The translations under genes were made by a program, and so were the position numbers. Shown one piece after another: positions 52,369 to 59,888 of a DNA stretch of 64,000 nt. Within the stretch, counting starts at the first letter, position 1. Each line of letters opens with the position of its first letter. The stretch lies in NCBI GenBank assembly GCA_964484195.1, contig CAZAER010000003.1, positions 188,787 through 252,786 on the forward strand. The letters run 5' to 3'. Source of the stretch: an uncultured Bdellovibrionales bacterium (GTDB taxonomy: Bacteria > Myxococcota > XYA12-FULL-58-9 > JALHOP01). The notes under the pieces were generated by a model that saw only the letters and a program-made list of their open reading frames with translations, was not told the DNA's origin and ran no database searches.

Positions 52369-52469
52369 GTGATAGTCCGGCGCCGATGACTCGTGCCCGT
52401 GAATCCGCCAGGTCCGGAAGGAAGCAACGGTAGCGGTCGTACGGGGGTATCGGATCGCCGGGCTATCAC
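52369..52469 (+). ncRNA. ffs: Signal recognition particle RNA (small/4.5S type)
   Basis: Conserved domain IV sequence CCAGGTCCGGAAGGAAGCAAC. A long closing helix is formed by GTGATAGTCCGGCG (5') and CGCCGGGCTATCAC (3'). Starts 3 nt after tRNA-Ser. Confidence 0.85.
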
Positions 52470-52802
52470 CTACTTTGCGCCTTGGTCGGCGTCGCTGTCG
52501 TAGACCACGGCGACGGGTGCCTCGAGCAATCCGGCGGCCTCTTGCATGGTCGCTTCCGCATCGGCCGGCTCGACGTCACTGAGCTCGAGCACCACTTGGC
52601 CAGCGCGCACCGGCGTCCGGCCGGTCGGCGTCGGGTTCTGGACGCTCTCGACCTCGGGGACGGTGCGCACCCAGATCGTCGCGCCTTTCAATGCATCTCG
52701 GAGAAGGGCTACCGCCGCTTCGAGGTGAGCGTTGGCGATGACGCCGTCGCGTTCCGCCATCAGGCCGATATCGCCGTATTGAAGGTCGGTGGTCTCGGCC
52801 AT
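52470..52802 (-). CDS. Small acidic hypothetical protein (110 aa)
   Basis: Minus-strand frame has high GC3 and balanced composition, whereas the overlapping plus-strand frame (52482..52889) is Arg/Gly/His-rich. Divergent from the calpain-like gene. No motif recognised. Confidence 0.55.
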   Translation of the reverse strand: MAETTDLQYGDIGLMAERDGVIANAHLEAAVALLRDALKGATIWVRTVPEVESVQNPTPTGRTPVRAGQVVLELSDVEPADAEATMQEAAGLLEAPVAVVYDSDADQGAK

Positions 52803-52889
52803 GAGCTGAGCTTAGAGGCTCGAGTGACAGGCCCGCAATCGTTTCGTCTTGTCGGCTTTGCGTGTGAATGGGACACTTTTCAGCGGCCC

Positions 52890-55190
52890 ATGCGTGTCAC
52901 CAGCACCGAAGTGAACGATCTCGTCGGGTTGCTGCGCGGCCATGCGCGCAAGAATCCCGATGCGTTGCGGCAGAAGTTGCCGGGCCTACGGCCTACCGAC
53001 ATCATGGGGATGGCGACCGCCATCGAAGAATGCGTTCGGCGCGGCATCGCGTCTGGTGTCATTGGCTCGCCGAGCTTGGTGACTGACAAGCTGCGTCGGG
53101 GCGATGACCCCTCGCCGCTCCTCCACTTTTTGTTGAGCAATGCTCTCGAGCATCGTGCCCGCGAGCTCGACGACGAGGTGAGCGCCGGCCGTCCGCGCGT
53201 TTTCGAGTTCTTGAGCGATCCCCCGTCGGGCAGCATGGCCACGCTCAAGCGACCTCGGGTGATCCTCACCGAGACGCCACCGGTTGGTTGGATCGCGACC
53301 GTACGTGACCTCGATGACCGAACCTACCGGGTGGCCCTCGAGCCCGTTGGAGCTGACTTGCGCGGGTCGTTCGAGCGCGCCGATGGGAGCATCGCGAGCG
53401 TCGCGGTGAATGCCAAACATGCCGTCGTCTGGCTTCGCACCCATCAGGGCTGCGTGTGCCAACCGGCTGCCCTCGACCGCGACCTGTTTACCGCCCGCGT
53501 CAACGAGCAGACGCGTCAACTCTTCGCGTCACGCATCGACCTGGCCAGCGCGAACAGCCCACCTCAGACGGCGCCGGCGCTCGCTTTGGTGAAACAGCTG
53601 ACGGTGCAAAGCCATGAGGCCGCACTCGTCGTCCTGGACCAGCTTCGCCTGCACCCCGAAGCCGCCTCCCGAGATGCGGCAGCATTACCCTTGCTGTACG
53701 CGATAGCGACCAACGGGGATCGCAGCATTCCGGCGGAGACCCGGGGGCGGGCGCTGCGTGACAACGTGCAGCGTATTCTCGATGATCCCGGTCTGCCCGA
53801 GCTGCCGCGCCGCCTACTCGAGCGCAGCGTACGTGCCTACGAGAGCACTGAAGAAGAGGGTGACGGCCCGGGATACCGTATTCTCTGCGTCGGTGTGCAT
53901 GCCGCTATAGCGGCTATCACCGATCGCGAGATTCCGGAGGCGGGCAAGGGCCCACGCGAATTCGAGCTCTACCTGAAAGGTGCACGCGTCGCCTTCAGCC
54001 GCCTGGTCGACGAAGAGACGGGCGCCAACCGTCGCTACCATCAGCTGACCGGAGCTTGGCGGATGGTCTTCGCCATGCTGCGCGAGACCTTGGACGCCGA
54101 CCATCCGGCGGCGAAACATCTCGCCAAGGCCTTGGACGAGGGCGCAGCGTTGAAGCCTCAGAAGCAGGCGCGGCATCTGGTGCTGGCGCTCGGTAGCGCA
54201 TGCTACTTCATCGACCACGGCAAGTTTCCGAAACACGCGGCGGACGAGCCCGGTCGCTCGCCCATGCCGGAGCTCGCGGTGCGATCACTCGTCGGTCCCG
54301 TGCATGTCCTCGAAGCACTTGGGCCTCTCGGTGAGACCGATGCGACCTGGCGCGACGTCGAGCAGGGCATGCTCGGGAACTGCTATTTCGGGGGTGGGTG
54401 CGGCGCGGTCGCGATGGCCCGGCCGCGCGACATCGCGACGCTCATCTCGAGCTTCATGGTGCGGGCAAGCGGCGAGCTGGAGGAGTTTCGACAGTTTTGT
54501 GTTCGCTATAGTGGATATGTTGTCAAGGAAGGCAAGCCGGACGAAATGCAGTTGGTCAGCCACGAAGTCTGGCTCGACGGCCGCCTCTACGTGGAACGCG
54601 ATGGCTCGGCGGTCTACGGTCATGCGCACGGGGCTGGCAAGCTCGAGCACAAGCGTTCCTGGTACGCGTTCGTCGAGAAGGCGTTCGCGATGTTGCGCAA
54701 GCGCAACGCCCGCTACGGCAGCACCGAAGGGGGGACCCCCGCTGAGATGTTTCGGTTGCTCTATCCCAACGCGTCCGTTGGTGTGGTGCGGCTGGACGGG
54801 ATGGCCGCGCCGAGCGAGGTCATCACTAGCCTGCAAACTGCCTTACGGGGCTCTCTGCCCATCGCTTGCGCCACGCACACCGACGAGTCGCGCTACGCGA
54901 CGAGCAAGCTGCGGGACCAGCACGTTTACATGATTTCGGGCATCGAGCAGACATCGGCGGGAGTGCAGGTGCACTTGGTGAATCTCAACCGCCCCAGGCC
55001 GCCCCGGCCGGACAACATCGCGGCGCATGTTCTCCAGGCGGTGTTCAACAGCGAGGATCTTAGTATCAAGGCCTTCGGCGAGCTCACTGTGCCGCTCGAA
55101 GAATTCATCCGCGACATGAGCTACTACACGTTCGTGGCGCTGCCGCCGGAAGAGACGCCGGAATCACGCGCCCGCGTCCGTGGTTTCTAG
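52890..55190 (+). CDS. Protein with novel helical N-terminal region and C-terminal calpain-like (CysPc, C2-type) cysteine protease domain
   Basis: ATG 52890 is the first in-frame start after the divergent gene. Matches to calpain: VEQGMLGNCYF (calpain QGALGDCWLL; Cys codon 54381-54383), SWYAFVEKAFAMLRKRNARYGSTEGGTPAEMF (calpain [29 protein letters not shown]), DQHVYMISG (calpain KGHAYSVTG; His codon 54921-54923), VHLVNLNRP (calpain IRMRNPWG). Confidence 0.7.
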   Translation: MRVTSTEVNDLVGLLRGHARKNPDALRQKLPGLRPTDIMGMATAIEECVRRGIASGVIGSPSLVTDKLRRGDDPSPLLHFLLSNALEHRARELDDEVSAGRPRVFEFLSDPPSGSMATLKRPRVILTETPPVGWIATVRDLDDRTYRVALEPVGADLRGSFERADGSIASVAVNAKHAVVWLRTHQGCVCQPAALDRDLFTARVNEQTRQLFASRIDLASANSPPQTAPALALVKQLTVQSHEAALVVLDQLRLHPEAASRDAAALPLLYAIATNGDRSIPAETRGRALRDNVQRILDDPGLPELPRRLLERSVRAYESTEEEGDGPGYRILCVGVHAAIAAITDREIPEAGKGPREFELYLKGARVAFSRLVDEETGANRRYHQLTGAWRMVFAMLRETLDADHPAAKHLAKALDEGAALKPQKQARHLVLALGSACYFIDHGKFPKHAADEPGRSPMPELAVRSLVGPVHVLEALGPLGETDATWRDVEQGMLGNCYFGGGCGAVAMARPRDIATLISSFMVRASGELEEFRQFCVRYSGYVVKEGKPDEMQLVSHEVWLDGRLYVERDGSAVYGHAHGAGKLEHKRSWYAFVEKAFAMLRKRNARYGSTEGGTPAEMFRLLYPNASVGVVRLDGMAAPSEVITSLQTALRGSLPIACATHTDESRYATSKLRDQHVYMISGIEQTSAGVQVHLVNLNRPRPPRPDNIAAHVLQAVFNSEDLSIKAFGELTVPLEEFIRDMSYYTFVALPPEETPESRARVRGF

Positions 55191-55726
55191 CTGCTGGGCT
55201 TGCCGGTCTCCGCGAATGTCTTGAGACGCGCGACCTGCTCGCCCAACACCTTGTCGACCGGCGCCGCCATGGTGGCGAGCCCGCCCGGCAAGTAGCCGCC
55301 GACGTTGTAGGTCATGGTGAGCTTGGTGGTCTTGGCGTCGATGCTTTCGAGCGCGAAGGTGGTGGCGCCGGTAACGCCGGCTCCCGCGAGCGGTCCCAGG
55401 CTTCCCACCATCACGAGCAGGCTACCTGGCTCGATGCGGGTCACCGTCATGTGCTGCGCGCCGCCGCCGTTCGCGAGCTTCTCGCAAAAGCAGCCGCCGG
55501 GACGCGGTGTCAGCGACAGATTCGCTGCTTGCTTGGAATAGGTGTGCTCGGGGTTCCACCAGCGACCGACCTTGAGCAACGAGGCGTAAACCTTGGCGGC
55601 GGGCGCCGCGACGGTGACGACGTGTTTGACACCGAGACCGGAGGGCAACGAGTCGGAGACTTCGGCGTTCGCTATGGCGGGCATGGCGAGGGTCGTGAGC
55701 AACGCCGCGGTGAGAATTTTATTCAT
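55187..55726 (-). CDS. SRPBCC (AHSA1/START-like) domain protein with signal peptide
   Basis: MNKILTAALLTTLAMPAIANA signal. V.V.A.A..VY..L..VG.WW...HTYS.....L.L.PR.GGCFCE pattern typical of Aha1-like SRPBCC proteins. Convergent 4-nt overlap with the calpain-like gene. Confidence 0.75.
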   Translation of the reverse strand: MNKILTAALLTTLAMPAIANAEVSDSLPSGLGVKHVVTVAAPAAKVYASLLKVGRWWNPEHTYSKQAANLSLTPRPGGCFCEKLANGGGAQHMTVTRIEPGSLLVMVGSLGPLAGAGVTGATTFALESIDAKTTKLTMTYNVGGYLPGGLATMAAPVDKVLGEQVARLKTFAETGKPSS

Positions 55727-55807
55727 AGTTCCTCCGTTGATCTGTCTGACGGTCCATCAGGGGCCGCTTCGCTAACCGACCTGGCGGTCATGTGCTAGGG
55801 TGCAAAC

Positions 55808-56539
55808 ATGTTTTCGATCGTTTTTGTTTTGGTCGCGGCCGCGGGCGTCGAAGCGGTCGATGTCGAAGAGTATCGCGCGAAGCTGCAACTCTGGAGCGAC
55901 GGGCGTGGCCACTACATCGCCGCCGAACGCGACCTCGACCACGTCTACTACGGCGACGGCAAGGTGCTCTACGAGACGAATCCGTTCACGACCTCGAGCG
56001 ACGGCACCATCGCGCAAGCGACGTTGCGTGACCAACGCTATGACAGACAAGCGCAGACCGAGCTCAACCGCGACAAAGACGGCAACCTCACGGTGGTGTG
56101 CGGCAAACGCGCCACCAAGCTGACCCCCGTCGCTGCCGAGAAGGCCAACGCGCTGCTAGCGAGTGCTGCCTTCAAACGCGGGCCGCACAACTACAGGCCG
56201 TACGCGCTCGCGCGCGACAACAAGGGCGTCTACTACTTCGTCGATCACGGCCGCTATCCCGACCTCGAGCGCAACTTCCGCGTCTTCGTAGGCCAGCGTG
56301 GCAACATGAAAGAACAGAAGCTGAGCAACATCGTGCACGACAGCGCCGGCGATATTTTCGCGACGCCGAGCGGCGATCTCAGGCTCGTCCTCGGCAACCC
56401 GACCGTCAGCGAGTGGGTGCGTGGCGACAGCCACACGGCGCTGCTCGACATCCCGATCGACGACAACGTGCCGATGATTTACAACGACCTCGGCGTCTAC
56501 AAAAAAGTCAGGCTCGGCACGCCCTGCGACGACCTTTAA
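55808..56539 (+). CDS. Hypothetical secreted protein
   Basis: Short hydrophobic N-terminus MFSIVFVLVAAAGVEA. Coding-like composition. The stop codon lies inside palindrome copy 3. Confidence 0.55.
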   Translation: MFSIVFVLVAAAGVEAVDVEEYRAKLQLWSDGRGHYIAAERDLDHVYYGDGKVLYETNPFTTSSDGTIAQATLRDQRYDRQAQTELNRDKDGNLTVVCGKRATKLTPVAAEKANALLASAAFKRGPHNYRPYALARDNKGVYYFVDHGRYPDLERNFRVFVGQRGNMKEQKLSNIVHDSAGDIFATPSGDLRLVLGNPTVSEWVRGDSHTALLDIPIDDNVPMIYNDLGVYKKVRLGTPCDDL

Positions 56540-56558
56540 TGGTGACAGTCACCAATTA
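56536..56558. repeat. Palindrome family copy 3 (core TGGTGAC-A-GTCACCA, AT-rich imperfect flanks)
   Basis: TTAATGGTGACAGTCACCAATTA. The perfect 7+1+7 core is at 56540-56554. Overlaps the TAA stop of the 55808..56539 gene. Confidence 0.8.
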
Positions 56559-56559
56559 A

Positions 56560-56584
56560 TTAAATGGTGACTGTCACCATTTAA
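56560..56584. repeat. Palindrome family copy 4, perfect 25-nt palindrome TTAAATGGTGAC-T-GTCACCATTTAA
   Basis: 12+1+12 perfect inverted repeat. Overlaps the TAA stop (56583-56581) of the convergent Ser/Thr kinase gene. Same order as at 15.36 kb: A-centred copy, then T-centred copy. Confidence 0.85.
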
Positions 56585-58023
56585 TCGAGGTCGATGCCGC
56601 GGGCGCGGCAGGCCTTCTGGACGCGCGGGCGGTCTTCGGGCCGCACCGAGAACAACGCCGCTTTCGCATCACCCAAGCTCGATAGGCCGCAATAAGAGAG
56701 GGCGACGATGAGATCGCCTCGTGGCGCGTCTTGCAGGCCGAGCGCCTGCCGCGCGCGCCGGATCGCCTCATCGTACTCGCCGGAGTCGTGGAGCTTCTGG
56801 GCCTGATCGAGGAGCACCTTCACCGAGGCCAACTCGCGTGGTGGTGGTGGTGTCTTCGGGGGGATATCGACTGGCAACGGCTTCGGCTCCAGCGTCTTCG
56901 TGGGAGGCGGCTCGGGCGTGGTCGTCTCCACCTTGTTTGCTTCAGCGGATGGCAACGGCGGCGCAGGCGGCGGCTCCTCGGCGTGCGGTGCCCAGCGCCA
57001 CACCGCGAACGCGAGAGCAACCGCGACCATCGCCAGACCAACGATCACCCGTGGCTCGACGCGACTGGTTCGCGCCAGCTCACCGGCCAGGAGCTGGGTG
57101 TCGCCGGCGGGCTTCAATGTTTGCGCCGGCACGGTCTCTTGCGCCTCGCGATGCGGCGCATCCGGTGCCACCTCGCCACGCAGGGCTTGCAACAGCTGCG
57201 CGATGTCTTGGAAGCGATCGGCGGGGTTCTTTGCCATCGCACGCTCGACAGTGGCAACCACGTGTGCCGGGACATTCGGCGCCAACGTTGCGAGCGGAGT
57301 CGGGTGCTCGTGGACGACGCGATAGAGGACAGTGGTCAACGAGTCGCCGTCGAAGGCGAACTCTCCCGAGAGCATCTCGTAGATGACCGCGCCCAGCGCG
57401 AACTGGTCCACGCGCGCATCGATGTTCGCGTCACCGCGGGCTTGTTCGGGCGCCATGTAGCGTGGCGAGCCTAGGACCTTGGGGGACGTCGTCGAGAGCG
57501 TCGTCTCCCAGGCAACCTTGGATACGCCGAAGTCGAGCAGCTTCACGTGCGGTCGCGTCGCGCCGACGTTGCACAAGAAGATGTTGCTGGGCTTGAGATC
57601 GCGGTGCACGACCCCGTTCGCATGAGCCGATGAGAGGCCCGCGGCGATCTCGGTGATCAGCGGCAAGGCCTCGTCGAAGCGCATGGCGCCTTGCCCCAGA
57701 CGGAACCCGAGATCCTCGCCGTCGAGGTACTCCATGATCATGTACGGCATGCCGTGGGTCACGTTCCAATCGAGCACGGCGATGATGTTCGGGTGGGAGA
57801 GCTTGGCGCAGATCTCGGCTTCGCGGCGGAAGCGCGGCAAGAACTCGCCGCTCTTTTTGGGGTCGACCGAGAGGACCTTCAGAGCGACGCGCCGGTCGAG
57901 ACGCACCTGCTCGGCTTCGTAGACGCACCCCATGCCGCCCTGCGCGATCAGGCGGACCACACGGTAGGCGTCGTCGAGGACATCGCCTCGCTCGAGCTCC
58001 TTATGGAAAGGAGGTTCCCCCAC
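56581..58023 (-). CDS. Ser/Thr protein kinase with TM helix, Pro-rich linker and TPR-like C-terminal domain
   Basis: GGMGCVYEA, ALKVL, HRDLKPSNIF, DFGVSK, SPRYMAPEQ. TM helix VIVGLAMVAVALAFAVW. Start is uncertain: GTG 58023 (VGEPPFHKEL) is preferred; ATG 58116 would abut the exbB start. Confidence 0.85.
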   Translation of the reverse strand: MGEPPFHKELERGDVLDDAYRVVRLIAQGGMGCVYEAEQVRLDRRVALKVLSVDPKKSGEFLPRFRREAEICAKLSHPNIIAVLDWNVTHGMPYMIMEYLDGEDLGFRLGQGAMRFDEALPLITEIAAGLSSAHANGVVHRDLKPSNIFLCNVGATRPHVKLLDFGVSKVAWETTLSTTSPKVLGSPRYMAPEQARGDANIDARVDQFALGAVIYEMLSGEFAFDGDSLTTVLYRVVHEHPTPLATLAPNVPAHVVATVERAMAKNPADRFQDIAQLLQALRGEVAPDAPHREAQETVPAQTLKPAGDTQLLAGELARTSRVEPRVIVGLAMVAVALAFAVWRWAPHAEEPPPAPPLPSAEANKVETTTPEPPPTKTLEPKPLPVDIPPKTPPPPRELASVKVLLDQAQKLHDSGEYDEAIRRARQALGLQDAPRGDLIVALSYCGLSSLGDAKAALFSVRPEDRPRVQKACRARGIDLD

Positions 58024-58114
58024 GGCCGCGAATACACCCGGTCCGACGGGGGCTTTCAAGATCCCTTCCGTCACATTGCCACCATTAGATCCAATGGATA
58101 TATCCGCCGCCACC

Positions 58115-58747
58115 ATGACCGAGACCGTCAAAGCCATGTTCGAGCAGGGCGGTACGACCTTCGTCATCATCCTGCTCATGTCCGTGCTCGCGCTCACCGT
58201 CGGAATCGAGCGCTGGGCAGCCATGTTCGTGGCGCGTCGCCGGATGGTCGAGAGCACCGAGCGCATCCTCGGACACCTACGCGAGCGCAACCGCACCATG
58301 GCCCTCGCGGTGAATTCGACCGTGGCCCGTCATCCTGGTGCCAAGCTCTTCGAGCTCTTGCTCTCCGATCGCACGGTCAGCGCCGGTGAGGTCCGCCGCA
58401 TGCAGGCCCGCATCATTCGTGGCACCAAGACCCGCCTCTGGGTGCTGGGTACGGTCGGCGCCACCGCGCCCTTCGTGGGTCTGTTCGGCACGGTCGTCGG
58501 TATCATGCGCTCGTTCCGTGACATCTCATCGAGCGGGGCCGGCGGCTTCGCAGTGGTTTCGGGAGGCATCAGCGAAGCGCTCATCACCACCGCGGCGGGT
58601 ATCGCGGTCGGCGTGCTCGCGATGATCTTGTTCAACTACTTGGGCGTGCAGGCGAGCGCTTTTTCGGCGGAGCTCAAAGAGAGCGCCGAAGAGATCGCCG
58701 AGACCTCGATGAGCCTGCCGGCACAAAGCCTCCCGGCCGCTGGTTGA
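58115..58747 (+). CDS. exbB: MotA/TolQ/ExbB proton-channel family protein
   Basis: Three TM helices and the conserved C-terminal region LGTVGATAPFVGLFGTVVGIMRSF...ISEALITTAAGIAVG. Start is ATG 58115 or 58094. Confidence 0.85.
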   Translation: MTETVKAMFEQGGTTFVIILLMSVLALTVGIERWAAMFVARRRMVESTERILGHLRERNRTMALAVNSTVARHPGAKLFELLLSDRTVSAGEVRRMQARIIRGTKTRLWVLGTVGATAPFVGLFGTVVGIMRSFRDISSSGAGGFAVVSGGISEALITTAAGIAVGVLAMILFNYLGVQASAFSAELKESAEEIAETSMSLPAQSLPAAG

Positions 58748-58753
58748 TCGCGC

Positions 58754-59203
58754 ATGGCAACGAACATGCCCCACAGCGCGGACGACGCGGACGACGACTC
58801 GCCAATCTTCGCCGAGGTGACGATCACGCCGCTCACGGACGTGATCCTCGTGCTCCTGATCATCGTCATGGTCTCGGCCAATCAGATGGTCGATGCAGCA
58901 CGGGAAGGGCGACTCGAGGTCGATCTCCCGACCGCGGGCGCGGGCTCGTCGGACACCACGCCGGGTGAGGCGATGGTCATCGGCATCATGAAAGACGGCC
59001 GCATCGCGGTGGGTGGCGAGACCATCGACGAGACGTCGCTGCAGACGATGCTCAAGGATCGCATGACGAAGAACCAGCAGACGCCGATCGTCATCGACGC
59101 TGACGGCGACCTCGCTCACAAATCGGTGGTGCGCGTGCTCGACATCGCGCGCCAAGCGGGCGTCACCAATATCGGTATCGGCGTCACGCCGGGAGAACAG
59201 TAA
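58754..59203 (+). CDS. exbD: Biopolymer transport protein ExbD/TolR
   Basis: N-terminal EVTITPLTDVILVLLIIVMV anchor and periplasmic IVIDADGDLAHKSVVRVLDIARQAGV pattern. Confidence 0.85.
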   Translation: MATNMPHSADDADDDSPIFAEVTITPLTDVILVLLIIVMVSANQMVDAAREGRLEVDLPTAGAGSSDTTPGEAMVIGIMKDGRIAVGGETIDETSLQTMLKDRMTKNQQTPIVIDADGDLAHKSVVRVLDIARQAGVTNIGIGVTPGEQ

Positions 59204-59851
59204 GTGGAATTGCTGCGCAGCTTCATCGAGCTCATCCGCAACCCGGGCGCGCTCATCGTCTGGGGCGGTTACCCCGCGCTTGCCGCCATCATCTTCCTCG
59301 AGACCGGCGCGCTGGTGTTTTTCCTTCCGGGCGACTCGTTGTTGGTCATGGCCGGGCTCTACGCGGCGCAGGGCTCGCTCAATATTCTTTGGCTGAACCT
59401 GCTGCTCATTCCGCTCGCTATCTTGGGCGACGCCCTCTCGTATTTCATCGGCTACCGTGCCGGCCACGCGTTGTTCGAGCGGCCGCGCTCGCGGTTCTTC
59501 CGCCCGGACCTCGTGAAGAAGGCGCACGGCTTCTACGAGAAGCACGGTGGCAAAGCGATCATCCTGGCGCGCTTCGTTCCGATATTGCGGACGTTCGTGC
59601 CGGTCGTCGCTGGCGTCGGTCAGATGGGCTACAAGAAATTCGCGACCTACAACATCGTCGGCGGCGCGGCGTGGATCGCGTCGATGACGATCGTCGGCTA
59701 CGTGTTGGGCTCGCGCTTCCCGGTGCTCGTGCAACACATCGAGAAGGTCATCATCGTGGTGGTCTTCCTGTCGATCTTGCCGCCGATCATCGAGTACTTG
59801 CGGGCGCGTGCCAAGGCGGGTCGCGAAGCGGCTCCCGGTACCCCGGCCTGA
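59204..59851 (+). CDS. dedA: DedA/VTT-domain membrane protein
   Basis: GTG start immediately after the exbD TAA. LETGALVFFLPGDSLLVMAGLYA...IILARFVPILRTFVPVVAGV signature. Confidence 0.85.
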   Translation: MELLRSFIELIRNPGALIVWGGYPALAAIIFLETGALVFFLPGDSLLVMAGLYAAQGSLNILWLNLLLIPLAILGDALSYFIGYRAGHALFERPRSRFFRPDLVKKAHGFYEKHGGKAIILARFVPILRTFVPVVAGVGQMGYKKFATYNIVGGAAWIASMTIVGYVLGSRFPVLVQHIEKVIIVVVFLSILPPIIEYLRARAKAGREAAPGTPA

Positions 59852-59888
59852 CGTAGACGAGACGCTCCCGATCGCATAGGTACGCCCC

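Noticed and set aside
52482-52889. N-terminal 136 codons of the 902-aa track ORF (calpain-like gene) reading through the region opposite the 110-aa acidic ORF.
   Set aside because: This part is Arg/Gly/His-rich, while the minus-strand frame has high GC3 and a balanced composition. The first ATG after the divergent gene (52890) gives a sensible start.
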